A stretch of DNA of 63,604 nucleotides, the filler included. It is 4 parts of 4 records of this genome, joined end to end, with 100 filler letters (N's around TTAATTAATTAA, not from the genome) between each part and the next. Parts side by side here need not be neighbours in the genome. Positions count along the whole stretch, not along the records: positions 28,762 to 48,708 come from SRR20825019_1384; positions 48,809 to 57,568 come from SRR20825019_1387; 2 more parts are not named here. One strand, 5' to 3'. The notes beneath the pieces are model-generated. The model was given only the letters and a program-made list of their open reading frames with translations, did no database searches and was not told the DNA's origin. Numbering within the stretch: position 1 is the stretch's first letter; each line of letters opens with the position of its first letter. Made by a program: the position numbers and the translations under genes. Positions 46,001 through 57,004 of the stretch are shown piece after piece.

Positions 46001-47197
46001 TTAGTTTAAATTTGTGATCAGGCTGCGGATGCGGTGAGCAGCCTCAATACATTCTTCCAGTGGTGCCACCAGGGCCATACGAACGCGATTGGCGCCCGGG
46101 TTACCCTCTGCTGTATCGCGGCCCAGATAGCTGCCTGGCAAAACGGTGACATTCTTATGCTCAAACAGCTGGCGGGCAAATTCGGTGTCGGCGACCGGTG
46201 TCTCTGCCCATAGATAAAAGCTGGCTTCCGGCATCGAGACTTTCATTACCGGAGACAGGATGTCCAGTACCGCCTCGAATTTTTCCCGGTAAAGCTCGCG
46301 GTTATGCGCCACATGAGCTTCATCTTCCCAGGCCGAAATCGAAGCAGCCTGGGTTGCCGGGGGCATCGAACAACCGTGATAGGTCCGGTAACGCAGAAAC
46401 TGTTTCAAAATGGCAGCGTCTCCGGCGACAAAGCCGCTGCGCAAGCCCGGTGCATTGGAACGCTTGGACAGGCTGTGGAATACCACGCAACGGCTCATAT
46501 CGGTGTAACCGCCGTTATAAGCGGCCTGCAGCAGGCCGACGGGGGGCTGCGTTTCATCGTGATAGATTTCGGAGTAGCACTCATCGGCGGCAATCACAAA
46601 ATCATGTTGGTGGGCCAGCTCGATAAGGCGCTGCAGGGTTTGTTCATCAATCACTGCGCCGGTAGGATTGCCCGGGCTGCAGATATATAAGAGCTGACAG
46701 CGCTGCCAGGTGGCTTCACTGACAGACTCAAAATCAGGAATAAAGCCATTCGCCGCATCGCAGTTCAGATAAAACGGTTCGGCACCGGCCAGGATCGCCG
46801 CCCCTTCGTAAATCTGATAGAAAGGATTGGGCATGACGACCAGTGGATTTTTACTGCGGTCGATGACGGCCTGGGCGAAGGCAAATAATGCCTCACGGGT
46901 GCCGTTAACCGGTAAAACCTGGGTCACGGCATTGATATGGCCGTCCAGCTGAAACCGTTGATTCAGCCAGGTTGCAATCGCGTGCCGCAGTTCATTGCTG
47001 CCGGCTGTGGTCGGATAGCTCGACAGTCCATGCAGATGAGTAATCACCGCTTCAGTGATAAAGCCCGGTGTCGGATGTTTGGGTTCACCGATGGAAAGCG
47101 CAATATGAGGCAGGTCCTCCGGCGGATGACAACCTTGTTTGAGCTGCGCCAGTTTTTCAAAAGGATAGGGATGCAGTTTTGCCAGTTCCGGATTCAT
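46001..47197 (-). CDS. dapC: Succinyldiaminopimelate transaminase
   Basis: PYPFEKL, LSIGEP, SLSKRSN.PGLRSG. Confidence 0.93.
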   Translation of the reverse strand: MNPELAKLHPYPFEKLAQLKQGCHPPEDLPHIALSIGEPKHPTPGFITEAVITHLHGLSSYPTTAGSNELRHAIATWLNQRFQLDGHINAVTQVLPVNGTREALFAFAQAVIDRSKNPLVVMPNPFYQIYEGAAILAGAEPFYLNCDAANGFIPDFESVSEATWQRCQLLYICSPGNPTGAVIDEQTLQRLIELAHQHDFVIAADECYSEIYHDETQPPVGLLQAAYNGGYTDMSRCVVFHSLSKRSNAPGLRSGFVAGDAAILKQFLRYRTYHGCSMPPATQAASISAWEDEAHVAHNRELYREKFEAVLDILSPVMKVSMPEASFYLWAETPVADTEFARQLFEHKNVTVLPGSYLGRDTAEGNPGANRVRMALVAPLEECIEAAHRIRSLITNLN

Positions 47198-47269
47198 AAC
47201 GACCAGAGAAGAGTGAAAAATCAGACCATTATAACGGGTTAGCTGCCTCTCGTGGTATAAGGTGTCGCC

Positions 47270-48154
47270 ATGATCACTACATATAACAAAGAATATTCAC
47301 TGGCCGTCGGTGCCATCCTCTTCTCTGCCGCGATGTGGGGACTCATCTGGTATCCGATGCGGTTATTGGAGCAAGTCGGTATGCCGGTTGTTTGGACGAC
47401 CTTGGTTGCCTATATCGCCGCGGCACTGACGGCGACAGTGCATTTGCTCTGGATCAGAAAACGGCTTCAGCATTACTGGCCACCGACGCTATGGGCATTG
47501 GCGCTGGCTGCCGGACTGACCAACCTGGCTTTTCTGGTAGCCCTGATTGAAGGTGAAGTGGTGCGGGTAATGCTCCTGTTTTATCTGTCACCGCTGTGGT
47601 CTGTGCTGCTCGGTCACTGGTGGCTCGGAGAACGCATTTCGCGGCAGTCGCTGATGATGATACTGATCGCAATGTCAGGCACGTTTATGATGCTCTGGCA
47701 TCCGGAAATCGGCTTCCCCTGGCCACATGGGCTGGCTGACTGGCTGGCCTTGTTTGCCAGTTTTATGTTTTCGGTAAATAACGTGCTCAGTCGCAAGCTG
47801 GCGGTGGTGCCGATGGAAATCAAAACTTTTACTGTTTACTGGGGCGTGGTGATCGTAGCGATTGCCGTGCTCTTTCTGCAGCAGGCAACTCTCCCACAGG
47901 TCAGCCTCAATATCTGGCTGATGGTGGCCGTGTTTGGCGGTCTCGCTTTTGTGTCGATGACGGTGGCGGTGCTGTATGGTCTGGCGCGGATTGCGGTATT
48001 CCGGGCGGCCATTTTAATGCTGTTTGAATTACTGGTGGCGGCGATATCAGCCTGGCTTCTGACGGATGAGAGCATGAGCGGCGCTGAATGGCTGGGCGGG
48101 GCACTGATATTTATCGCGGCATATGGCATGGCCAGACTGGGAAAAATGCCCTGA
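47270..48154 (+). CDS. DMT/EamA family transporter
   Basis: About 10 TM segments, RVMLLFYLSP.W. Confidence 0.85.
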   Translation: MITTYNKEYSLAVGAILFSAAMWGLIWYPMRLLEQVGMPVVWTTLVAYIAAALTATVHLLWIRKRLQHYWPPTLWALALAAGLTNLAFLVALIEGEVVRVMLLFYLSPLWSVLLGHWWLGERISRQSLMMILIAMSGTFMMLWHPEIGFPWPHGLADWLALFASFMFSVNNVLSRKLAVVPMEIKTFTVYWGVVIVAIAVLFLQQATLPQVSLNIWLMVAVFGGLAFVSMTVAVLYGLARIAVFRAAILMLFELLVAAISAWLLTDESMSGAEWLGGALIFIAAYGMARLGKMP

Positions 48155-48255
48155 AGGTTGGGGCAGCAGGCTGCTTCACGTTAAAATGAGGTTTTAGCTG
48201 ACTTACCGTGATTACGGTGAGCAGAGTGTTTTTCATCAACCAATCGGGTTAAAGC

Positions 48256-48648
48256 ATGATCAAATCAATTGCGCACGCCAGTTTTCTCGTTGAAGACGTC
48301 CAGCGCTCACTCAAATTCTATTGTGATGTGCTGGAGTTGCCACTCAATCCTAACCGCCCTGACTTCCCATTCGATGGTGCTTGGCTGGATATCGGTGATG
48401 ATCAGATGATTCACCTGATGCAGTTACCCAACCCGGACTCCAATGAAGGCCGTCCGGCCCATGGTGGGCGTGACCGTCATCTGGCTCTGGTGGTCGATGA
48501 TCTTGAGGCTTTGGCAAGCCGTCTGGAGACGGCCAATATTGAATTTTCGCGCAGCAAGTCCGGACGGGCCGCCTTTTTCTGTCGGGATCCTGATGGTAAT
48601 GCTTTGGAGTTTGCGGAGGATTTCACCCCGCCACCACTGCAAAAATAA
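48256..48648 (+). CDS. VOC/glyoxalase family protein
   Basis: H.S..V.D...S..FY, GRDRH, RDPDGNALE. Confidence 0.88.
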   Translation: MIKSIAHASFLVEDVQRSLKFYCDVLELPLNPNRPDFPFDGAWLDIGDDQMIHLMQLPNPDSNEGRPAHGGRDRHLALVVDDLEALASRLETANIEFSRSKSGRAAFFCRDPDGNALEFAEDFTPPPLQK

Positions 48649-48708
48649 TCAGTTGGAGCACTGATCAGTGACTTACAGAGTTACTCACATTTTCTGTGGA
48701 TAACTCTG

Positions 48709-48808
48709 NNNNNNNNNNNNNNNNNNNNNNNNNNNNNNNNNNNNNNNNNNNNTTAATTAATTAANNNNNNNNNNNNNNNNNNNNNNNNNNNNNNNNNNNN
48801 NNNNNNNN
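48709..48808. other. Artificial contig linker
   Basis: N-runs plus TTAATTAATTAA. Confidence 0.99.
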
Positions 48809-48981
48809 GGCATATTTTCATCTAAAAAAACAATATCGAATGTTTCTTTTTTTATTTCTTCCAAAGCTTCTGTACCGCTCTGTGCTGTAGTTACTTTATA
48901 GTTTTTATTCTCAAGGAATAGAATATGTGGTTTAAGCAAATCTATTTCATCATCAACCCATAGTACTTTTATGTCGCTCAT
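48809..48981 (-). CDS. porX: T9SS response regulator PorX, N-terminal fragment
   Basis: LWVDDEIDLLKPHILFLE..DENM; divergent from the HD protein as in Bacteroidetes. Confidence 0.8.
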
Positions 48982-49093
48982 ATATGTATATTTGTGTGTG
49001 TAAATAATTCTGCGCTTTTACGAAGAATTTTCTTCAAAAATAATCCTGAATTATTTCAAAAAATTTTTGAAGCTATTAATTAAAAGTTAAAGT

Positions 49094-50338
49094 TTGAAAT
49101 CCCTTCCAAAGCTTAAAATTATAAACGACCCTATCTATGGTTTTATTACCATACCTACAAAACTGATTTTCGATTTAATGGAGCACAAATATTTCCAGAG
49201 GCTCCGTAGAATTTCGCAAATGGGGTTTTCGTATATCGTTTATCCTGGTGCACATCACACTCGTTTTCATCATGCACTTGGCGCCATGTTTTTAATGCAA
49301 AAAGCCGTGCAAGTACTTAAGTCTAAAGGCGTAGTCATTTCTGCAACAGAAGAAGAAGCCTTGTATGTTGCTATATTTCTTCATGATATTGGTCATGGTC
49401 CTTTTTCACATGCTATGGAAAATAGCATCGTAGAAAACGTGAGCCATGAGCAAATTTCACTACTTTTTATGGAGGCGTTGAACCGAAAGTTTAACAACGG
49501 TTTAACGCTTGCCATACAAATATTTAAAGATGAATACCCGCGAAAATTTTTACATCAATTGGTTTCTGGACAGTTAGACATGGATCGTTTAGATTACCTA
49601 AAACGAGATAGTTTTTATACAGGAGTTTCTGAAGGCACGGTAAATGCACAACGATTAATTGCGATGCTAAATGTTAAGGATGATGCATTGGTGGTTGAAG
49701 AAAAAGGTATTTATTCGGTTGAAAACTTTTTAATTGCCCGTAGATTGATGTACTGGCAAGTATATCTTCATAAAACTGGCATTGTGGCAGAGCAACTTTT
49801 AGTACGTGTGCTAAAACGCGCCAAGCAATTAACTGCTGAAGGAGTGGAGCTTCCTGCAAGTGAAGGCTTACGTTTTTTTCTAAAAAATAACATAAGTTTA
49901 GATGATTTTTCGGATGAAGTGCTAAATACTTTTTCAAAGCTTGATGATTACGATATAATTTCCGCAATGAAAATGTGGGTAAGTAGCGCTGATTTTGTGC
50001 TTAAAAACCTTTCAAAAATGCTTTTAAATCGTGATTTATTGAAAGTAAAAGTGAAATCGCAACCTTTTTCAATTCAAAAAGTAGCTGAAAAAAGAGAAAA
50101 ATTAAGTGAAATTTTCAAACTTTCTGAGGAAGAAGCTTCCTATTTTGTTTTTACTGGAAAAATGCAGAATCAAGCCTATAGCATGGAAAAAGATACGATA
50201 AACTTACTTAAGAAAAGCGGTAAAACAGTTGATGTTGCAAAGGCAAGTGACCAACTAAACTTGGAGGCGCTTTCAAAATCTGTTGTAAAATACTATATGT
50301 GCTATCCAAAAAACAATATAGATAGCTATCAACGCTAA
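49094..50338 (+). CDS. HD-domain phosphohydrolase
   Basis: HTRFHH, HDIGHGPFSH, DRLDYLKRD. Confidence 0.9.
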   Translation: MKSLPKLKIINDPIYGFITIPTKLIFDLMEHKYFQRLRRISQMGFSYIVYPGAHHTRFHHALGAMFLMQKAVQVLKSKGVVISATEEEALYVAIFLHDIGHGPFSHAMENSIVENVSHEQISLLFMEALNRKFNNGLTLAIQIFKDEYPRKFLHQLVSGQLDMDRLDYLKRDSFYTGVSEGTVNAQRLIAMLNVKDDALVVEEKGIYSVENFLIARRLMYWQVYLHKTGIVAEQLLVRVLKRAKQLTAEGVELPASEGLRFFLKNNISLDDFSDEVLNTFSKLDDYDIISAMKMWVSSADFVLKNLSKMLLNRDLLKVKVKSQPFSIQKVAEKREKLSEIFKLSEEEASYFVFTGKMQNQAYSMEKDTINLLKKSGKTVDVAKASDQLNLEALSKSVVKYYMCYPKNNIDSYQR

Positions 50339-50350
50339 CTCCTTTTTTTC

Positions 50351-50358
50351 TATTTTTG
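50351..50358 (+). promoter_or_regulatory. Bacteroidetes -7 promoter element (TAnnTTTG)
   Basis: TATTTTTG upstream of lpxD; same motif at 48987, 55819 and 56882 upstream of other genes. Confidence 0.55.
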
Positions 50359-50458
50359 CAAGAATGAAAACCAACCAACAAAATTTAATTCACATAAAAA
50401 ATACTATTTTGCGGTTGCCAACTTTCTATAATTTGGTTAAAATAATCCAACACATCCA

Positions 50459-51484
50459 ATGAAATTTACAGCAGCTCAAATAGCAGGAATTTTAAACGGT
50501 ACCGTAGATGGCGATGAAGGAGTAGAAGTTTCACAACTTGCAAAAATTGAAGAAGGGAATAAAGGGAGCCTTACTTTTTTGGCGAATCCAAAATACACGC
50601 ATTATATATATTCCACTAAAGCTTCAATTACAATAGTAAATGACGACTTTACTCCTGAAAGCAAAATAGAAACCACTTTAATTAGGGTAGAAAATGCATA
50701 TAAAGCCTTTTCGCAGCTTTTAGAATATTACAATCAAGTAAAAATGAATAAAACGGGGATTGAAAACCCTGTTTTTGTTTCAGAAAGTGCCAAATATGGT
50801 GAAAATTTATATTTAGGCGCTTTTTCATATATAGGAGAAAATGTAAAAATAGGTGATAATGTAAAAATTTTCCCTAATGTTTATATTGGTGATAATGTTA
50901 CTATTGGCGATAAAACAATTCTTTTTACAGGAGCAAAACTTTATTCTGAAACAGTTGTTGGTGCTTCTTGTGTAGTTCATGGTGGTGTAATTATAGGTGC
51001 TGATGGTTTTGGTTTTACACCAAATGAAAAAGGAGAGTACCATAAGGTACCCCAAACTGGAAATGTAATTATTGAAGATAATGTAGATATAGGCGCAGGT
51101 ACCACAATAGATCGTGCCACACTGGGTTCTACAGTTATAAAAAAAGGGGTGAAGTTGGATAATCAAATTCAGATAGCCCATAATGTTACTATTGGTGAAA
51201 ACACTGTAATAGCCGCGCAAACAGGTATTGCTGGTTCAACAAAAATTGGTAAAAATTGTATGATTGGTGGCCAAGTTGGTATTGCTGGGCATATTATTAT
51301 TGGTGACAATGTAAAAATACAAGCCCAAAGCGGAATCGGTAGAAACGTAAAAGATAATGAAACATTACAAGGATCGCCAGCGTTAAATTATGGCGATTAC
51401 AATAAAAGTTATGTGTATTTTAAAAACCTACCCAAAATAATGGATAGGTTCAATATAGTTGAAAAAAAGCTTGATAATGAATGA
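50459..51484 (+). CDS. lpxD: UDP-3-O-acylglucosamine N-acyltransferase
   Basis: Hexapeptide repeats, GADGFG, IDRA, KLDNQIQIAHN. Confidence 0.95.
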   Translation: MKFTAAQIAGILNGTVDGDEGVEVSQLAKIEEGNKGSLTFLANPKYTHYIYSTKASITIVNDDFTPESKIETTLIRVENAYKAFSQLLEYYNQVKMNKTGIENPVFVSESAKYGENLYLGAFSYIGENVKIGDNVKIFPNVYIGDNVTIGDKTILFTGAKLYSETVVGASCVVHGGVIIGADGFGFTPNEKGEYHKVPQTGNVIIEDNVDIGAGTTIDRATLGSTVIKKGVKLDNQIQIAHNVTIGENTVIAAQTGIAGSTKIGKNCMIGGQVGIAGHIIIGDNVKIQAQSGIGRNVKDNETLQGSPALNYGDYNKSYVYFKNLPKIMDRFNIVEKKLDNE

Positions 51485-52883
51485 AAGTGTTGTAAAACAG
51501 CGCACCCTCGGAAAGGAAATTTCGCTTACCGGAGTCGGTCTGCATACGGGTAAAGAAGTTACCATAACGTTTAAACCCGCACCCGAAAACCACGGGTATT
51601 CGTTTGTGAGAATTGATTTGGAAGGGCATCCTGTAATTGAAGCAGATGCTAATTACGTAGTCAATACACAAAGAGGTACAAATCTTGAAAAACGCGGTGT
51701 AAAAATCCAAACATCTGAACATGTACTTGCTGCATTGGTAGGTCTTGAAGTGGATAATTGCATTATGGAATTAAATGCTTCTGAACCACCAATAATGGAT
51801 GGATCTTCAAAGTTTTTTGTTGAAGCCGTTGAAAAAGCAGGTGTTGTAGAGCAAGATGCGCCAAGAGAAGAGTATGTTGTTAAAGAAGTTATTTCATACC
51901 TAGACGAAGAAACGGGTAGTGAAATAATCGTAATGCCTTCTGATGAATACCAGGTTACAACCATGGTTGATTTTGGCACTAAAGTTTTAGGAACACAAAA
52001 TGCTTCATTAAAACATATTTCAGGATTTAAAGATGAAATTGCAAACGCAAGAACCTTTAGCTTTCTTCATGAAATTGAAATGTTATTAGAACACGGACTC
52101 ATTAAAGGTGGTGATCTTAATAATGCTATAGTTTATGTAGATAAAGAGCTTTCACCAGGCACGATGGATAAACTTCGAACTGCTTTTGGAAAGGATACAA
52201 TTTCTGTAAAACCAAATGGAATTTTAGACAACCTAACACTACATTACCCAAATGAAGCTGCAAGACATAAGCTTTTAGATGTTATTGGGGATTTAGCTTT
52301 AGTGGGAACTCGAATTCGAGGAAAAGTAATTGCAAATAAGCCTGGACATCACGTAAACACTCAGTTTGCGAAAAAACTTTCTAAAATAATAAAACAAGAA
52401 AGTCGAAATAACATCCCAAAATTCGATATAAACCAACCTCCAGTAAAGGATGTAAACCAAATTATGGCTATGCTTCCACATAGGCCACCGTTTTTATTGG
52501 TCGATAAAATCATGGAGATGTCTGACACTCACGTAGTAGGGCTTAAAAATGTTACAATGAACGAGCCGTTTTTTGTAGGTCATTTTCCTGGAGCACCCGT
52601 TATGCCTGGTGTTTTAATTGTTGAAGCAATGGCTCAAACAGGCGGAATCCTTGCATTAAGCACTGTTCCTGATCCTGAAAATTACCTTACATTCTTTATG
52701 AAAATAAACAATGTAAAATTTAAACAACAAGTTAACCCAGGGGATACACTTATTTTTAAATTAGAATTAATGTCACCAATTCGTCGTGGTATAGTTCATA
52801 TGAAAGGTAATGCGTATGCAAACGACAAGCTTGTAACCGAGGCTGAATTAATGGCCCAAATGGTAAAAACAAAAAACTTATAG
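51477..52883 (+). CDS. lpxC-fabZ: Bifunctional LpxC/FabZ
   Basis: GVGLHTG, EH, HKLLD.IGD, then LPHRPPFLLVD and HFPGAPVMPG. Confidence 0.95.
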   Translation: MNESVVKQRTLGKEISLTGVGLHTGKEVTITFKPAPENHGYSFVRIDLEGHPVIEADANYVVNTQRGTNLEKRGVKIQTSEHVLAALVGLEVDNCIMELNASEPPIMDGSSKFFVEAVEKAGVVEQDAPREEYVVKEVISYLDEETGSEIIVMPSDEYQVTTMVDFGTKVLGTQNASLKHISGFKDEIANARTFSFLHEIEMLLEHGLIKGGDLNNAIVYVDKELSPGTMDKLRTAFGKDTISVKPNGILDNLTLHYPNEAARHKLLDVIGDLALVGTRIRGKVIANKPGHHVNTQFAKKLSKIIKQESRNNIPKFDINQPPVKDVNQIMAMLPHRPPFLLVDKIMEMSDTHVVGLKNVTMNEPFFVGHFPGAPVMPGVLIVEAMAQTGGILALSTVPDPENYLTFFMKINNVKFKQQVNPGDTLIFKLELMSPIRRGIVHMKGNAYANDKLVTEAELMAQMVKTKNL

Positions 52884-52952
52884 ATGAAATTAGCGTGTTT
52901 TAAGTTTTTAAAGCATAACCCTAATTTCATTTAAAATATAATATATTATATA

Positions 52953-53738
52953 ATGAACCAACCACTTGCATACGTCCACCCGGGCGCAAAAATAGCCAAA
53001 AACGTTGTTATAGAGCCGTTTACAACAATACATAACAATGTTGTAATTGGCGAAGGAACTTGGATAGGAAGTAATGTAACAATTATGGAAGGCGCACGAA
53101 TCGGTAAAAATTGCAATATTTTTCCTGGGGCAGTAATTTCAGCGGTTCCTCAAGACTTAAAATTTAAGGACGAAGATACTACCGTTGAAATTGGCGATGG
53201 TACAACAATCCGTGAATATGTAACAATTAATCGTGGAACCATTGATCGCGGTAAAACCGTTGTCGGTAAAAATTGCTGGATAATGGCTTATTGCCACATT
53301 GCTCATGATTGTTTTGTTGGTGATAATTGTATTTTTTCAAACAACAGTACACTTGCAGGTCATATTACTGTTGGAGATCACGTGGTTTTGGCAGGAATGA
53401 CTGCAGTTCACCAATTTTGTATGATTGGGAATCACGCTTTTGTTACAGGCGGTTCTTTGGTTAGAAAAGATGTTCCTCCTTTTGTAAAAGCTGCTCGTGA
53501 GCCACTTAGTTATGTGGGTATCAATAGTATTGGATTGCGAAGAAGAGGCTTTACTTCACAGAAAATTACAGAAATTCAAAATATATACAGACTTTTATAT
53601 CAGAAAAACTATAATACTTCCCAAGCTTCAGAAATTATTGAAGCGGAAATGGAAGCTACGCCTGAGCGCGATGAAATACTTCAATTCATAAAAAATTCGA
53701 AAAGAGGAATTATGAAAGGTTATTTCAATTCAAATTAA
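52953..53738 (+). CDS. lpxA: UDP-N-acetylglucosamine acyltransferase
   Basis: PQDLK, HIAHDC, VHQF. Confidence 0.96.
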   Translation: MNQPLAYVHPGAKIAKNVVIEPFTTIHNNVVIGEGTWIGSNVTIMEGARIGKNCNIFPGAVISAVPQDLKFKDEDTTVEIGDGTTIREYVTINRGTIDRGKTVVGKNCWIMAYCHIAHDCFVGDNCIFSNNSTLAGHITVGDHVVLAGMTAVHQFCMIGNHAFVTGGSLVRKDVPPFVKAAREPLSYVGINSIGLRRRGFTSQKITEIQNIYRLLYQKNYNTSQASEIIEAEMEATPERDEILQFIKNSKRGIMKGYFNSN

Positions 53739-53815
53739 AAAAAGTTTAAATACTTAGAAGTTGAGAATTTTAACTCAACACTCTAAAAACCACAATTTAA
53801 AAAATAAAATTTATA

Positions 53816-54382
53816 ATGGCTACTTCATCAGATATTAGAAAAGGACTTTGCATCCGCTATAATAACGACATTTTCAAAATTATTGAATTCCTTCACGTAA
53901 AACCCGGTAAAGGACCCGCTTTTGTGCGTACTAAATTAAGAAGTGTTACCACTGGAAAAGTGATTGACAATACCTTTTCTGCAGGTCATAAAATTGAAGA
54001 TGTACGTGTTGAGACTCATAAGTTTCAATATCTTTATAATGAAGGCGATATGTATCACTTTATGAATACGGAAGATTATTCTCAAATTAGTTTAATGAGA
54101 GGAATACTTGATACTCCAGAATTAATGAAGGAAGGCGAAATAGTTACCGTTCTTATTAATACTGAAGATAGTGCTCCGCTTTCTGTGGAAATGCCTGCAC
54201 ACGTTATTTTAGAGGTTTCTTCTACCGAACCTGGAGTAAAAGGAAACACAGCTACAAATGCTACAAAACCAGCTATTGTTGAAACAGGAGCTGAAATTAA
54301 TGTTCCTCTTTTTATAAATGAAGGTGATAAAATTAGAATTGACACTGAAAAAGGTCAATATCAAGAAAGAGTAAAAGAATAA
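53816..54382 (+). CDS. efp: Elongation factor P
   Basis: HVKPGKGPAF, PGVKGNTAT. Confidence 0.97.
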   Translation: MATSSDIRKGLCIRYNNDIFKIIEFLHVKPGKGPAFVRTKLRSVTTGKVIDNTFSAGHKIEDVRVETHKFQYLYNEGDMYHFMNTEDYSQISLMRGILDTPELMKEGEIVTVLINTEDSAPLSVEMPAHVILEVSSTEPGVKGNTATNATKPAIVETGAEINVPLFINEGDKIRIDTEKGQYQERVKE

Positions 54383-54441
54383 TATTCAATAGCAATAGTA
54401 ACTTCAATGATTTTTTTGAAATAAAAACCGAGCAAGCATAA

Positions 54442-55380
54442 ATGAAATTTCCAAATCCTCAAACTCTTGAAAATATAGCGTCCATAATCAGTTCAGATTA
54501 TGTGGGTGAAGCAAATTTTCCGGTTTTTGGAATGAATGAAATTCATGTTGTTCAGCCCGGAGATATTGTTTTTGTAGATCATCCAAAATATTACGATAAG
54601 GCATTGCAATCGCAGGCTACGGTAATACTTATCAACAAAAAAGTAGAATGCCCTGTTGGGAAAGCACTGCTTATTTCAGAAGATCCGTTTCGAGATTTTA
54701 ATAAACTTACAAATCATTTTAAACCCTTCCGAAGTGCTGCAAATGCAATTTCTGAGTCTGCAGAAATAGGAGCTGGAACTGTTATACAGCCAAATGTTTT
54801 TGTTGGCAACAACGTAAAGATTGGTCGCAATTGCTTGATTTATTCAAACGTTTGTATTTATGATAATACGATAATTGGCGATAATGTTACAATCCATGCT
54901 GGAACTATTTTAGGAAGTGATGCTTTCTATTATAAAAATCGTCCCGAAAAGTTTGATAAACTATTAAGTGGTGGAAATGTTGTTATTGAAGATAATGTAG
55001 ATTTGGGCGCGTTATGCACCATCGATAAAGGCGTTACCGCTTCAACCACAATTGGAGAAGGTTCAAAACTTGACAATCAAGTACATGTGGGGCATGACAC
55101 CGTTATAGGAAAACGTTGTTTAATTGCTTCTCAAGTTGGTATTGCAGGTTGTGTTTTAATAGAAGATTTTGTTACCATTTGGGGGCAAGTTGGTATTACA
55201 AGCGGAATTACAATAGGTGAAAAAGCTATAATTTCTGCTCAAAGTGGTGTAAGTAAATCATTAGCTGGAAATAAATCGTATTTTGGATCACCAGCAGATG
55301 AGTTTAGAAAAAAATATAAAGAATTAGCATCAATAAAACTGATTCCAGATATTATTGAAAAATTGGACAAATTATCATGA
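54442..55380 (+). CDS. LpxD paralogue acyltransferase
   Basis: Hexapeptide repeats, KLDNQVHVGHD. Confidence 0.85.
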   Translation: MKFPNPQTLENIASIISSDYVGEANFPVFGMNEIHVVQPGDIVFVDHPKYYDKALQSQATVILINKKVECPVGKALLISEDPFRDFNKLTNHFKPFRSAANAISESAEIGAGTVIQPNVFVGNNVKIGRNCLIYSNVCIYDNTIIGDNVTIHAGTILGSDAFYYKNRPEKFDKLLSGGNVVIEDNVDLGALCTIDKGVTASTTIGEGSKLDNQVHVGHDTVIGKRCLIASQVGIAGCVLIEDFVTIWGQVGITSGITIGEKAIISAQSGVSKSLAGNKSYFGSPADEFRKKYKELASIKLIPDIIEKLDKLS

Positions 55381-55790
55381 ACAATAAAGCAAAAGAAGTA
55401 GTAAGAGATTTTTATAGATCTGATATTCTGAATGATGATAGCGTTTTAGAGCGTTTTTTTCATCCAGAACTTGTTCTAATTTGGAATAGCGCCAATGGGC
55501 TTTCAATAATGCACTACGATGATATTATTAGCTTTTTTAGTGAAGTACGTCGTTCGTATAACGATCTTCGCATTGAGGTAAGTCATTTATTAGGGGATGA
55601 AAATCATGTAACCATACGCTATAAATACTACATCCGAACTATGGAAAACCCAGATGAGGAATTAGGGATAGCGCATTTTATAGCAATTTGGGAAGTTAAA
55701 GACGATAAACTTTATCGTGGATACCAAGTAAGTCAACCTGTAACCGATAATGATGACACTACTGAATCTTATCATAGAGTTAAGGTTTAA
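55377..55790 (+). CDS. NTF2/SnoaL-like protein
   Basis: Size and pattern (FHP.....W; IWEVKDDK). Confidence 0.7.
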   Translation: MNNKAKEVVRDFYRSDILNDDSVLERFFHPELVLIWNSANGLSIMHYDDIISFFSEVRRSYNDLRIEVSHLLGDENHVTIRYKYYIRTMENPDEELGIAHFIAIWEVKDDKLYRGYQVSQPVTDNDDTTESYHRVKV

Positions 55791-55901
55791 TATTTTTTCT
55801 TTCCCCCAACAAAAGCCGTATCTTTGCGGGAATTATTTAAAAAATCAATACTGAATTTACTTCAATAATTAATATACATAAACAATAGAAAATACTTAAA
55901 A

Positions 55902-56774
55902 ATGAGCGTTTTAGTAAATAAAAATTCAAAAATAATAGTTCAAGGTTTCACCGGAAGTGAAGGTACTTTTCACGCCGGACAAATGATTGAGTACGGCACC
56001 AATGTGGTTGGGGGTGTTACTCCAGGAAAAGGAGGGCAGAAACATCTTGACAAACCAGTATTCAATACGGTTTCAGAAGCAGTAAAAGAAACTGGTGCAG
56101 ATACAACCATTATTTTTGTTCCACCAGCATTTGCTGCAGATGCTATAATGGAAGCTGCTGACGCTGGTATTAAAGTAATTATCACAATTACTGAAGGAAT
56201 TCCTGTAAAGGACATGATTATTGCTTCAGATTATATAAAAGATAAAGAGTGTCGTTTAATCGGCCCTAACTGTCCAGGAGTTATTACTCCAGGTGAAGCC
56301 AAAGTAGGTATTATGCCAGGTTTTGTGTTCAAACAAGGTAAAGTTGGTATTGTTTCAAAATCTGGAACACTTACTTACGAAGCTGCAGACCAAGTGGTAA
56401 AACAAGGTTTAGGCATTACAACTGCTATTGGTATTGGTGGCGATCCAATTATTGGAACTACAACTAAAGAAGCGTTGGAAATGTTGATAATGGATCCAGA
56501 AAGTGAAGCTGTTGTTATGATTGGGGAGATTGGTGGTCAGTTAGAAATAGACGCTGCAAACTGGTATAAAAACAGTGGAATTAAAAAACCTGTAATTGGT
56601 TTTATTGCTGGTGAAACTGCACCTGCAGGAAGAACAATGGGGCATGCTGGCGCAATTGTTGGAGGTAGTGAAGACACTGCACAAGCTAAGAAAAAAGTAA
56701 TGCGTGAATGTGGTATTCACGTGGTAGATTCTCCTGCTGAAATTGGTAAAAAAGTTGCCGAAGTTTTAGGATAA
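55902..56774 (+). CDS. sucD: Succinyl-CoA synthetase alpha subunit
   Basis: QGFTG, GPNCPG, MGHAGA. Confidence 0.97.
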   Translation: MSVLVNKNSKIIVQGFTGSEGTFHAGQMIEYGTNVVGGVTPGKGGQKHLDKPVFNTVSEAVKETGADTTIIFVPPAFAADAIMEAADAGIKVIITITEGIPVKDMIIASDYIKDKECRLIGPNCPGVITPGEAKVGIMPGFVFKQGKVGIVSKSGTLTYEAADQVVKQGLGITTAIGIGGDPIIGTTTKEALEMLIMDPESEAVVMIGEIGGQLEIDAANWYKNSGIKKPVIGFIAGETAPAGRTMGHAGAIVGGSEDTAQAKKKVMRECGIHVVDSPAEIGKKVAEVLG

Positions 56775-56787
56775 TCAATAAAACTTC

Positions 56788-56828
56788 AAGACCTGTATCG
56801 TTTTCATAACTTTACAGGTCTTTTTTTT
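56788..56828 (+). terminator. Intrinsic terminator after sucD
   Basis: AAGACCTGTA/TACAGGTCTT plus T-run. Confidence 0.75.
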
Positions 56829-57004
56829 ATAGTCTTGTGTTTTCACAGGGCTTTTTTTATGGAGAACCCATAAGCTTTTATTATATTTGAATCTCCGCCT
56901 TTTGCGGTTTTTTTATTAAATACATGTCTGGTTAGACGTGCCACAACAAGCTAAATAAAAGTGGAACCGAAACCTCTTTAAGTTAAATTGAAATACTTTT
57001 TTAT

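Noticed and set aside
50459-55380. lpxC-fabZ fusion and second lpxD paralogue as novelties
   Set aside because: This is the standard Flavobacteriaceae arrangement.
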